Shown here piece by piece: positions 54,017 to 63,229 of a DNA stretch of 64,000 bases (its first letter is position 1; the number at the start of each line of letters is the position of its first letter). This DNA comes from Patescibacteria group bacterium (lineage in GTDB: Bacteria; Patescibacteriota; Patescibacteriia; Magasanikbacterales; JBBTQS01). The DNA is taken from NCBI GenBank assembly GCA_038065555.1, contig JBBTQS010000001.1, forward strand, positions 256,741-320,740, in the 5' to 3' direction. The notes under the pieces are model-generated. The model was not told the DNA's origin and did not search any database. It saw only the letters and a list, made by a program, of their open reading frames with translations. Position numbers and translations under genes: made by a program.

Positions 54017-55132
54017 TTACGGTGTTGTTGTCATGGTGACATCCACCACGATATCTTTGCCCGCGCGCACGACCTGCATAGGCACGATCGCACCTGCACG
54101 AGAAGAGAACACCAAATTGGCAAATGATTGTGCACTCGAGACAGCAACGCCGCCTACTGCCGTAACAATATCCCCTTCACGCAGTGGAAATGTCTCACGA
54201 CCAGACTTGGCGGTCACGGTGAGAATGCGCGCGCCTTGGGTAAGTGCTGCGTCATCGAGAATCGTTGCTTGCGACAACTCCACATAGGTCACGGGCAACT
54301 GCGGACGCACGATCTTGCCTGAGGCAAAGAGCTCGGGCAACACTGGTGCAATAAGTGAGGAAGGAATGAATCGCATTGCACGCGCTGTAGCATCCTTCAT
54401 CGTTACTACACCGAGCAATTCACCTTGTGAAGAGATGATTGGATGTCCTGCTTCTACTCCTTCAATTGCAGGACTTGCGAGTCCGTACTCACTATACATC
54501 TTTGCGTCGTGTGTGAGTGCATCAGTTGCAATGAGACTCAACCCATCGATCATTGTGGCGCGAAGAATACCGTAGCTCGTTGGTACAGCCGACACGTCTG
54601 AGAGTGTTTTGGTATCCCCTCGCCCGAGTGTCATTGGTGAGAGCACTGCGTTCTTGAGTTTTGCAAAGACAAGTGATGTTGCTGCGTCTGGAACCATCTT
54701 CTCCAGTGTGACTGCGCGGCCGTCTACGAGGAATACGACGTCGGATGATTTGAGTACATCCTTGGTCGTCACAATCCAGCCATCTGACGTAAGCGCAACA
54801 GCGTACCCTACGCGATCGCGTGCGATGTAGACTGTGGATGTTACTCCCTTGATCGCGCCAGTCGCCTTGCTATTCATGACAGGAATGACTGAGCGAAGAA
54901 TGCCACGATCCATGCGCGCAACCACGGTTGCAGCATCTTGTGGAACGAAGACTGGTGTTGCGCGTTCGATGATCTGTACATTCACCGATCGATTGCGCCA
55001 GAGCCATCCTGCTCCTACTCCCACGCACAGCACAATGACAACAAGGAGCGTGAGCAGCAGTACGCGCATGCGCCAGGAAAGACGTGGGGATTCTGGTTCT
55101 CGTGAAGGCAAATGTGGAGGATGAACAGCCAT
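54017..55132 (-). CDS. membrane-anchored trypsin-fold (HtrA/S1C-like) + PDZ protein, predicted catalytically inactive
   Basis: TM anchor; the segment aligning to the GNSGGPL serine loop reads VEAGHPIISSQGELLGVV (Ser replaced by Ala) and the His position is not conserved; C-terminal PDZ (GARILTVTA...GDIVTAVGGVAV). Confidence 0.5.
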   Translation of the reverse strand: MAVHPPHLPSREPESPRLSWRMRVLLLTLLVVIVLCVGVGAGWLWRNRSVNVQIIERATPVFVPQDAATVVARMDRGILRSVIPVMNSKATGAIKGVTSTVYIARDRVGYAVALTSDGWIVTTKDVLKSSDVVFLVDGRAVTLEKMVPDAATSLVFAKLKNAVLSPMTLGRGDTKTLSDVSAVPTSYGILRATMIDGLSLIATDALTHDAKMYSEYGLASPAIEGVEAGHPIISSQGELLGVVTMKDATARAMRFIPSSLIAPVLPELFASGKIVRPQLPVTYVELSQATILDDAALTQGARILTVTAKSGRETFPLREGDIVTAVGGVAVSSAQSFANLVFSSRAGAIVPMQVVRAGKDIVVDVTMTTTP

Positions 55133-55147
55133 AGATTTCGAAAATAA

Positions 55148-55915
55148 TTACCAGCGCGCAACAAGGAATAATACGACCGTAACAATGAGCCCAGCGATCG
55201 CGGCAAATATCCACGTACGACGGGATTCACGAGGCAAATCGCCGGTTTCTTGCAGCATGAGGTGGGTTGTTACGAGGTACAACACTGCTGCAAAGATCGC
55301 AGACAATGTATACCCAATGGGCAACAAAAGCAATGACCAGACCAGCTCCACCATTGCCACGTTCATCATCACCGTCACAAGCCAACGTACATGTGAACGC
55401 GACTCAACGAGTGACAAAAATGGATACATGAGCGTCGTAACTACCGCAATAATCGCTCCAATCACCCACCAGATCGACTCGTGAATGGTAACAACTACAC
55501 CCAACCCAACAGCCGTTGTCATGTACACAGCACAGGCTTGCACCACACGCGAAGTCAGGAGCATCACTGCACGCGAACGCTGTCCTGGTACTTCCACAAA
55601 TCGAACTGCGTGATATTGGTTGATGAGCAACAACGCCATCGCAATGAACACAATGAATCCTTGCAACCATGGTTCCTCGGTAAGCAATATCAAACCGATT
55701 GAACCTGCTGTGATCCACAATGCCTGAATGATCGTGACGCGTCGCACCGGTGTGCCGCCAGCAGGATAGAGCGCGAAGAAAAGGAGAAACGCTTGCACCG
55801 CAAGCGTCGCCACTGCACCAATCCACCAATACGCAAGTGGTAATACAGGAATACTCCAGAGGCCTGCACCCACAAGCAACGAGAGGAGGAGGGCGTTAGT
55901 AAAGGGAGTATACAT
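55148..55915 (-). CDS. hypothetical polytopic membrane protein
   Basis: 255 aa with about 8 TM helices; no motif recognised. Confidence 0.45.
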   Translation of the reverse strand: MYTPFTNALLLSLLVGAGLWSIPVLPLAYWWIGAVATLAVQAFLLFFALYPAGGTPVRRVTIIQALWITAGSIGLILLTEEPWLQGFIVFIAMALLLINQYHAVRFVEVPGQRSRAVMLLTSRVVQACAVYMTTAVGLGVVVTIHESIWWVIGAIIAVVTTLMYPFLSLVESRSHVRWLVTVMMNVAMVELVWSLLLLPIGYTLSAIFAAVLYLVTTHLMLQETGDLPRESRRTWIFAAIAGLIVTVVLFLVARW

Positions 55916-55933
55916 AGGTACTCGCGAGTCTCA

Positions 55934-57010
55934 TTACGCTCGATCGATTTTGAATGTTTGTGCAGGTACGAGATCTTCTTCGCCTTCTCCACCTGCGTCG
56001 TTACTCACAATCTCCTTGCTGATAATAAGGATGGCTGTTGCTACTGGTACTGCAAGTAATGCGCCGATCACTCCTGCAAGCTTTGCACCGATCAAGATCG
56101 CTACGATGCTAATGAGTGGATTGAGCCCAACTGCCTTCTGCATGATCTTCGGAACAATGAGATTGTTCTCGAGGATTTGGACAACCCAGCAGAAGCCGAG
56201 GGTGATAAGTGCGATAAGTGGCGAAACAGTGAAGGCGAAGAATACCGCAGGAATTGCTGCGATGACTGGACCAATGTACGGAACCAATTCGAGCAGTCCT
56301 GCAATGAGTGCGAGTACGCCAGCGTATGGCACGCCGATAATACTCAATCCAATATAGGTGAGCACACCAATCACCACACACAGTGCGAGCTGACCACGAA
56401 CCCACAGTGCGAGCATCACTCGTACCTTCGTGAGAATGCGATTCACAAATGGTTGATACTGATCAGGCACTACCGTGCGAAGTGCGCGACGCATGTCATC
56501 GCGCTCCACGACCATGTAGAAGGACAACACCATCACAAAAAGAAATGTGAAAATCCCACCGAAGAATCCGGTGATCGTCGTGAAGATGGTACCAAAGCTG
56601 TCTTGCAGTGAACCGCGAACACTATCAATGCTTGATTGAATTGCTGTTCCCATTCCACCCTCTCCACCGATGTGGCGAAGCGCGTCGATATTACCAGCAA
56701 CGCTATCCCATTGCGAAGAAATGTTGGTGACAAGATCACGTGCCTGTGACGCAATTGCTGGAACAATCAAGATGCCGATGAGCACGAGCATTCCAATCAA
56801 CAACACAAATACGCCCAACACGGCAACGGATCGCGGGATGCGGTATCGTTCACACCAATCTGCTGCAGGATCAATGATCGCTGCAAAGACAAGTGCGAAG
56901 AACAACATGAACAAAATGTCGCTGATCATGTACGCGAACCAGAGAACTGCGAGCGTGAGAATCAGCTTCACGATCGACTTCGTACTAATAGTAATCGAAT
57001 ATTCGCGCAT
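55934..57010 (-). CDS. AI-2E family transporter (PerM/UPF0118)
   Basis: 8-TM architecture with large central loop; ILFMLFFALVFAAIIDP and the C-terminal LIGAKLAGVIGALLAVP motif typical of AI-2E/YhhT. Confidence 0.7.
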   Translation of the reverse strand: MREYSITISTKSIVKLILTLAVLWFAYMISDILFMLFFALVFAAIIDPAADWCERYRIPRSVAVLGVFVLLIGMLVLIGILIVPAIASQARDLVTNISSQWDSVAGNIDALRHIGGEGGMGTAIQSSIDSVRGSLQDSFGTIFTTITGFFGGIFTFLFVMVLSFYMVVERDDMRRALRTVVPDQYQPFVNRILTKVRVMLALWVRGQLALCVVIGVLTYIGLSIIGVPYAGVLALIAGLLELVPYIGPVIAAIPAVFFAFTVSPLIALITLGFCWVVQILENNLIVPKIMQKAVGLNPLISIVAILIGAKLAGVIGALLAVPVATAILIISKEIVSNDAGGEGEEDLVPAQTFKIDRA

Positions 57011-57069
57011 ATATATAGAGCTAGACTAACGTCAGTGTAGCGTATATAGTGATCTTGCACAATTGCTGT

Positions 57070-57516
57070 ATGCCTACGCTTGCAACCAACAGAACCGCAC
57101 GATTCAACTACGAAATCCTCGAAACCATCGAGGCAGGTATTGTGTTGTCCGGTGACGAGGTCAAATCCGTGCGCGCAGGAGGCATGCGACTGACCGAGAG
57201 CTTTGTCACATTCCGTGGCGAACGCGCAGTACTCACTAACGCGCACATTAGTCGCTACGCAAAGAGTAACCCACTTGTTGGGTACGATCCGGAGCACACA
57301 CGCGAACTCCTTCTGCACAAGGCACAGATCATGCATCTGCTTGGCAAAAAGACGCGAGATGGATTGACTATTGTGCCTCTTTCTGCCTATACTTCCAGAG
57401 GTCGCATCAAAATTGAAATCGGTCTTGCACGTGGCAAGAAGACCATTGACAAACGAGAAAGTATCAAACGTCGTGAATCAGATCGCGAGATTGCTCGTGC
57501 GATGAAATCGCGCTAG
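57070..57516 (+). CDS. smpB: SsrA-binding protein
   Basis: NRTARFNYEILETIEAGIVLSGDEVKSVRAG...GLTIVPLSAYTSRGRIKIEIGLARGKK is canonical SmpB; followed directly by tmRNA. Confidence 0.9.
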   Translation: MPTLATNRTARFNYEILETIEAGIVLSGDEVKSVRAGGMRLTESFVTFRGERAVLTNAHISRYAKSNPLVGYDPEHTRELLLHKAQIMHLLGKKTRDGLTIVPLSAYTSRGRIKIEIGLARGKKTIDKRESIKRRESDREIARAMKSR

Positions 57517-57541
57517 CGACTGCGACACTCACATCATCACT

Positions 57542-57935
57542 GGGGATGCCCGGCTTCGATGGGAGGTTCATGGACGTGTCGTAGCATACCGAGCGGACGG
57601 ACGCTCGTTAATCCCCGTCAAACAGTCTACGTGCAAACGTTTACTCGCGCGTGAAGAATTCGATCGCTTCGGCGTTCGCAATGCCTTCATTCGCTCCGGT
57701 CGCAGCCTAATAACTCCGACCCATCACCCTCAGGACACCTCTACTGAGATCGTGGTGCAATACCGAGGTGTAGCATAGGAACGTCGCACCGCGTCCTTCG
57801 CGAAATCAACTGGTGCGCCGTGAGTCAGGGCTTCGCACGCATGCTGCCTGTCTCCCGTATTTCATGCGTGCTTCGTATGGACACTCGATACGCACATCCT
57901 TCCAGACGCGGGTTCGACTCCCGCCATCTCCACCA
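57542..57935 (+). ncRNA. ssrA: tmRNA (ssrA)
   Basis: 5' GGGGATGCCCGGCTTCGATGGG and 3' GACGCGGGTTCGACTCCCGCCATCTCCACCA tRNA-like ends; internal tag reading frame ending ...GCAATGCCTTCATTCGCTCCGGTCGCAGCC TAA TAA (…AMPSFAPVAA**). Confidence 0.85.
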
Positions 57936-57942
57936 AAAAATT

Positions 57943-58029
57943 ATGAATGATCCAACGATTTGGATCATGATCGTATTCGTCGTCATTGGCGTTCCGGTCA
58001 TGTTCTACTACCTCACGAAATGGAACTAG
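57943..58029 (+). CDS. possible 28-aa hydrophobic micro-protein in the tmRNA 3' trailer
   Basis: MNDPTIWIMIVFVVIGVPVMFYYLTKWN lies between the tmRNA CCA end and the terminator; no SD; speculative. Confidence 0.2.
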   Translation: MNDPTIWIMIVFVVIGVPVMFYYLTKWN

Positions 58030-58034
58030 AATCA

Positions 58035-58070
58035 AAAACCCCGCACACAAGGTGTCGCGGGGTTTTTGAT
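58035..58070 (+). terminator. intrinsic terminator AAAACCCCGCACAC-AAGG-GTGTCGCGGGGTTTTTG
   Basis: GC-rich 10-bp stem with A-tract before and T-tract after; terminates the ssrA transcript and, on the other strand, the 58098 gene. Confidence 0.6.
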
Positions 58071-58097
58071 TTGCTTGCGTATTCCAATACGTTCGCA

Positions 58098-58712
58098 CTA
58101 CTGGTCACTCCACGGCTTGCCGTCGATGTAGAGTTCCTTGATCAATGCTGCACCATTTTGCCCAACACTAATATTGAGTAATGCTTTTTTGTTTGCGAAT
58201 GAAAATGTTCGTCCTGTCCCTTCGGGGATAAAGAACTCCTCAATTGCATACGTGATCACCAGTTGTGCAGGTATTGTTTTTGGCTGCATCTCGGGCAATA
58301 GCGGATAGTTACCACTCGGTTTTGTCGCGGGAGTGAATGACTGTACCTGTCCACGCAAGAAGAGTGATCCGTCGCGCGGCTCCACTGATGTCACACGACG
58401 CGCTGCATCAGGAATCATTATAGGCTGTCCGAGTTGCTCATGCGTCGTAGCCAACACCATTGGAACAAATACGGTTTGACCTTTGTAGAACTGTTCTCCT
58501 GACGCCATCGGTCCCTCAATGCGAGTGAACGATGCCAACTGGTATACCAAGTAGTCACCACGAAATGGATCACGTGGATCTACAGGCGCGATTTCGACAA
58601 GCACTGAGCGGCCTTGCGTCAGTGCTGATTCCTTCACTATCACGATTCCGAGGATGATGCATACTTGGAGCGCAACGATGAGGCAGAATTTGATGACTGG
58701 AGTGAACGTCAT
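58098..58712 (-). CDS. GDYXXLXY-like domain protein (membrane-anchored)
   Basis: N-terminal TM, then ...DPRDPFRGDYLVYQLAS... matching the GDYxxLxY family signature region; usually partnered with DUF2157/DUF4401 membrane proteins. Confidence 0.4.
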   Translation of the reverse strand: MTFTPVIKFCLIVALQVCIILGIVIVKESALTQGRSVLVEIAPVDPRDPFRGDYLVYQLASFTRIEGPMASGEQFYKGQTVFVPMVLATTHEQLGQPIMIPDAARRVTSVEPRDGSLFLRGQVQSFTPATKPSGNYPLLPEMQPKTIPAQLVITYAIEEFFIPEGTGRTFSFANKKALLNISVGQNGAALIKELYIDGKPWSDQ

Positions 58713-58717
58713 AGTGA

Positions 58718-60460
58718 TTACGCGCTATGATGATGCGTGAATGAAGCGATGATGCGTTTGCGACCGCGTTCGAGTGCATATCCGACAACAAGGAGCACAA
58801 CTCCCAAGCTAATGAATCCAATGCTCTTGTTGAGATAGGTGAAGATCCAATCGAAGTAGCGTGCAAGCACCCAAATAATAATCGCAACAGCTGCCGTGCT
58901 CACACGCCACCTGTCACGACGCTGGTACCCAACGATCGCCAACCAAATCATGGTTGCAAACGCGATAATATTCATGAAGAACGACCACACGATTCCACCC
59001 GTTGTGAAAACTGGCTCTCGGTAGATGAACACAGACGATGCAGCCCCCTCCTGCAAAACACGCAACCCTGCTGCACCAACAACAAGCGCAAAGAGCGACA
59101 ACACGCCCAACCCAATCCATTCCACTCGCGAGAGCACCCGCAACCGCGCAAGAATGAAGAGTAACCCCACCACAAGTGCAATGAGTACAAAGTATGTGAA
59201 CGTCATACTCCATGAAGTGAGCACTGACGCCTGATTACCATAGTTACCCCACAGATTCGTGATCACACCAGACGAAGAGATGACGATGAGCAATATCAGA
59301 AGTGCGGTCAATGCGGGACCGATAAAAATGCCACCGAAATGTCGGAATGCTGGATACATGCGATGCGCCCCTCCAACAACAATCAGTGCAATAAGGGTGA
59401 GAAGCACCAACCCAATATGTGCATGCGCTGCTACCAGATGGCTCGCATTCTCTATCGCAATAATCGAAGTCCACCACCAGCCGAGTAATGACGCCACGCC
59501 GAAGAACAACACAATGCGGCCACGCATCCAGTACGCCACAAAGAGATGCACCAGTACCATCATCGCTCCAACCACTTGCTCTGTCATTGTTGGAGACCCT
59601 CCCATGAGCACAACGAGCATGATGAGCGCCTGCGTGGTGTTCCCTACTGCGTAGACAAACAGAAGTTGCGCAATACGTCCCAGCCATTTCTTCGCTCGTG
59701 GTGTAATTGGTTCAAGAGACGCATGGTGACCTGTTATCGTGCGCCAGAGATACCATGCACTCATCCACAACGCTGCAGACGCCAATGCTGTGATACTCGC
59801 TGTAGTCCAAGAATTGTATTCCAACCACGATGCAAAACCCTCATTACTCAACGCACGCACCATGAGACTCGCACCATACGCAACACCACCAGCAATCGGG
59901 ATAAGACACGCGAGCACTCCATGACTGATCGATGTGAAAAGCGCCATCATCGCAAGCGCACCAATCAACCACAAATTGAACGCATTGATCCAGTGCGTGT
60001 GTACATGGTACATCTGTCCCACCAACATGATACCTGCGCCAAAGATAATCGTGCCCAAGAGTACAAGCGCTCGTCCTGTAGCACTATGTCCACGCCGCAT
60101 CACGATCCATCCGCCAGCGTACGACGCAACCATTGCAACAAGAATGATCACGATGCGCAGTGCATGGCTCATCGCATCCCAATTGGAAGCAACAAAACTC
60201 AAGATTCCCACACCAACTAACACCGCTCCAAGAATGAGCATCACTGCAACGCCTGAGATCGAAGATTCGCGCGCATGTGCTGCCTTCCACGCGCTCTCAA
60301 TAGCGCTCACTGAGTGACCTTTTCCTAATAGCTCGCGATAGACGTCTTCCTTGCTTTTGCCTTGTTGGAGCTCTTTCTCAATGTGATCATGTAATGAATG
60401 CATAGATACGCGTGATAAGTGTCGGAATGATAAAAATACTATATACCAATGCGCCTGCAA
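58718..60460 (-). CDS. large polytopic membrane protein (DUF2157/DUF4401-like)
   Basis: 580 aa; cytoplasmic N-terminal helical region, then about 14 TM helices; 5-nt gap to the GDYXXLXY-like gene downstream. Confidence 0.4.
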   Translation of the reverse strand: MQAHWYIVFLSFRHLSRVSMHSLHDHIEKELQQGKSKEDVYRELLGKGHSVSAIESAWKAAHARESSISGVAVMLILGAVLVGVGILSFVASNWDAMSHALRIVIILVAMVASYAGGWIVMRRGHSATGRALVLLGTIIFGAGIMLVGQMYHVHTHWINAFNLWLIGALAMMALFTSISHGVLACLIPIAGGVAYGASLMVRALSNEGFASWLEYNSWTTASITALASAALWMSAWYLWRTITGHHASLEPITPRAKKWLGRIAQLLFVYAVGNTTQALIMLVVLMGGSPTMTEQVVGAMMVLVHLFVAYWMRGRIVLFFGVASLLGWWWTSIIAIENASHLVAAHAHIGLVLLTLIALIVVGGAHRMYPAFRHFGGIFIGPALTALLILLIVISSSGVITNLWGNYGNQASVLTSWSMTFTYFVLIALVVGLLFILARLRVLSRVEWIGLGVLSLFALVVGAAGLRVLQEGAASSVFIYREPVFTTGGIVWSFFMNIIAFATMIWLAIVGYQRRDRWRVSTAAVAIIIWVLARYFDWIFTYLNKSIGFISLGVVLLVVGYALERGRKRIIASFTHHHSA

Positions 60461-60953
60461 CGACAGCTAGCACTAGGCCGATCCATTCTTCGCGCTTGAA
60501 GACAGCGAGTGATTTGTGCCCAGCAACACTCTTCCATGCGATCTGGCGCCCAGAGAATCCGAGCTCGACTGCAAGTGCTGCATAGAATACTACACCAAAA
60601 ATCGGAATCATCAGTACCAAAAAACTCACACCAGCAAGTGCCCACTGGCGATGCATCAGTGCCCAAGCCGGAGCAAAGAGAAATGCACCCCACGAAAATC
60701 CATGGACATACACCGATGTTTCGTTCTTCTCAAATGTTCGCTGCAATTTGTGAATGATTGGGAACACGTATGCAGCAGGCAACAAAAACAACAGCCCCAA
60801 AATGGCTGCAACTACCGCGCGCGTTGTGTGGGACGCTAACAGTGGTGCAGTCGGTGCATCATTGGGCAAGTACTGCAGTACAAACCAACTAAAGCCCAAC
60901 AACACCAACCCACCCATCATTCCTAATATGGAAAAGAAGCGCGATGTATTCAT
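60387..60953 (-). CDS. hypothetical membrane protein
   Basis: about 188 aa with 5 TM helices; start taken at MNTSRFFSIL. Confidence 0.4.
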   Translation of the reverse strand: MNTSRFFSILGMMGGLVLLGFSWFVLQYLPNDAPTAPLLASHTTRAVVAAILGLLFLLPAAYVFPIIHKLQRTFEKNETSVYVHGFSWGAFLFAPAWALMHRQWALAGVSFLVLMIPIFGVVFYAALAVELGFSGRQIAWKSVAGHKSLAVFKREEWIGLVLAVVAGALVYSIFIIPTLITRIYAFIT

Positions 60954-61025
60954 ACACTTGGCGTGATCGTGAAGTAACCCGCACGATACCTCCACACTCA
61001 CCCTAGCACAGCGCGACAGTATTAG

Positions 61026-62108
61026 CTATCTTCCACGCGACGAAATAATATGCAACACCATGAGCGCGATGCGCATGCCAGCATCAGTGCGCAAGACACC
61101 AGGCCACGATTCGCGCATCTGAGCGAGCGCAGATTCGTCGCGAAGCAAATCACACGCCGTCTGCACTACAGTGTCACTCGTTGCTACGAGCCCCGCACGT
61201 AATCGAAATACTTCTTGCGCGTTGTATTCTTGGTGCGATGACGTGATCGGCACCAGGATTGCTGCTTTGCGCAATAGCGCAAGCTCGCTCACTGTCCCCA
61301 TCCCCGCGCGTGCAACAACGAGATCTGCAACAGCATACGCATCGGCCATCTGCGCACGGCCCAAGAATTCAAGCTGAGTATAGTGCTCATGCACAAACGC
61401 TGTATCGATTTTGCCTCGTCCTGTGACGTGTATTACGTGTGCGTGTTGTGTTAATGCGCTGACACCAGCTCGAATTGCATTATTGAGCGTTTGTGCGCCC
61501 AATCCTCCACCGAGCACAAGTACCACTGGACGCCCCTCCGCAATTCCCCACTCCTTGCGAGCACGCGCGCGACTCCCCTGCGTCACATCGGCGCGTACAG
61601 GATTACCAATCACTGCGGCGTATGACGGCAACTGTGCCTTGGATGCCGCAAATGCGCACGTGAGTGATGACGCCATGGGTGCAACAATCTTGTTGGTGAG
61701 CCCGACAACAACGTCTTGTTGGTGCACATGCGATGGAATGCGATGCAGCCATGCAACAATATGCACAGGCACTGCTGTGAATCCGCCCGCACTCACTACA
61801 ACCGTTGGGCGGACGCGTCGTACTATTGTCCATGCACGAATAATCGACGCAATGAAGACAAATGGAACGAAGAGGTTTTGCCATGCCCAATACCGACGGA
61901 GCTTGGCGCTGGCAAGCGACATTACTTCAATATCTTTTTCTGCTGCGAGAATGAGATGCTCTGGACCATCTGGCGTTGCAACCCACGTAACACGCAATGG
62001 TAGTGGTGACTTCTCTCGCAACGCGTCGAGGACCGCAAGCAGCGGCAACACAGGACCAAGTGTACCGCCACCTACGAACATCACGACTGGATTCTGATGT
62101 GGTGTCAT
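61026..62108 (-). CDS. murG: undecaprenyldiphospho-muramoylpentapeptide beta-N-acetylglucosaminyltransferase
   Basis: VMFVGGGTLGPVLPLLAVLDAL N-terminal G-loop; LVLGGGLGAQTLN and the C-terminal GT28 motif; 4-nt overlap with ftsW. Confidence 0.85.
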   Translation of the reverse strand: MTPHQNPVVMFVGGGTLGPVLPLLAVLDALREKSPLPLRVTWVATPDGPEHLILAAEKDIEVMSLASAKLRRYWAWQNLFVPFVFIASIIRAWTIVRRVRPTVVVSAGGFTAVPVHIVAWLHRIPSHVHQQDVVVGLTNKIVAPMASSLTCAFAASKAQLPSYAAVIGNPVRADVTQGSRARARKEWGIAEGRPVVLVLGGGLGAQTLNNAIRAGVSALTQHAHVIHVTGRGKIDTAFVHEHYTQLEFLGRAQMADAYAVADLVVARAGMGTVSELALLRKAAILVPITSSHQEYNAQEVFRLRAGLVATSDTVVQTACDLLRDESALAQMRESWPGVLRTDAGMRIALMVLHIISSRGR

Positions 62109-63229
62109 ACGGTTGCGCGTGTTTGACGTGAGATATTGGTAAGCACTCCTAGTGCGCCTAATTGTACGAGTAGTGCTGTTCCGCCATGAGAGACTAGTGG
62201 CAGCGGCACACCCGTGAGCGGCAAGAGCCCGAGCATCGCGCCAATATTAATAAACGCCTGACATCCGAACCACGCAGCCAATGCGACAGCCAAGTACATG
62301 CCAAACGGATCAGGACTATAGCGCGCAATATGGAGCGCGCGCACAAAAAGTGTCAGGACAAGTACAAGGAAAATCGAGCTCACAACAAATCCCATCTCCT
62401 CAGCAAACACTGCAAAAATAGAGTCCGTACTCACCTCAGGAAGATATTGGAACTTCTGACGCGAATTGCCATAGCCGACGCCGAACCATCCGCCAGATCC
62501 TACTGCAAGGAATGCTTGGTTGATTTGATATCCCACGCCTTGAGGATCCAATTCAGGATGCAAGAATGTGTTGATACGTTCTGCGCGATAGGGCGCGCTA
62601 GCGATCATAATAGCAACAAGTGCTGCGCCAACTGCGAGCAACGTCACAATATGAGAGAGTTTGCTGCGCGCAGCCACCAGCAACACAAATGCCATTCCCA
62701 CCATGATCATCATGGTACCTGTGTCTGGTTGCCGCATGAGAATCGCAGCGGGTACTGTCATCAAGCCCACGAATACCAAGAAATCTTGTACAAACCTCAC
62801 CATACCAAATCGCCCACGTCCTTCGAGCCACAGCGCCATGAACACGGCAAACGTTCCCTTCGCAATTTCTGACGGTTGCAGCGAAAAATTACCGACGTGT
62901 ATCCAACTTTGCGCACCATTGATTGTCTGACCAATCCCCGGAACAAAGGAAAGAAGCAACAGCACTATTGTGAGCGCATACCATCCCCAGAGATACCGAC
63001 GCATCCAGTGATAATCGAGCCATGACGCCAGAGCAAACAGCGCCAATCCCGGCAGCACACCGAAGAGCAACTGACGTTTCACAAAAAAATATTTGTCACC
63101 AAAGCGCTCGAATCCAACAGGCGCTGACGCACTCGCTAATACGATGAGGCCAACGACGAGCAAGATACCAACACTCGCGAGAAACCAGTAATCAGGTGCG
63201 TGTGCTTTTGCTCGTGTCAGCAAACTCAT
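62105..63229 (-). CDS. ftsW: SEDS-family peptidoglycan glycosyltransferase FtsW/RodA
   Basis: 10-TM SEDS profile with QPSEIAKGTFAVFMALWL and LPLVSHGGTALL motifs. Confidence 0.85.
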   Translation of the reverse strand: MSLLTRAKAHAPDYWFLASVGILLVVGLIVLASASAPVGFERFGDKYFFVKRQLLFGVLPGLALFALASWLDYHWMRRYLWGWYALTIVLLLLSFVPGIGQTINGAQSWIHVGNFSLQPSEIAKGTFAVFMALWLEGRGRFGMVRFVQDFLVFVGLMTVPAAILMRQPDTGTMMIMVGMAFVLLVAARSKLSHIVTLLAVGAALVAIMIASAPYRAERINTFLHPELDPQGVGYQINQAFLAVGSGGWFGVGYGNSRQKFQYLPEVSTDSIFAVFAEEMGFVVSSIFLVLVLTLFVRALHIARYSPDPFGMYLAVALAAWFGCQAFINIGAMLGLLPLTGVPLPLVSHGGTALLVQLGALGVLTNISRQTRATV

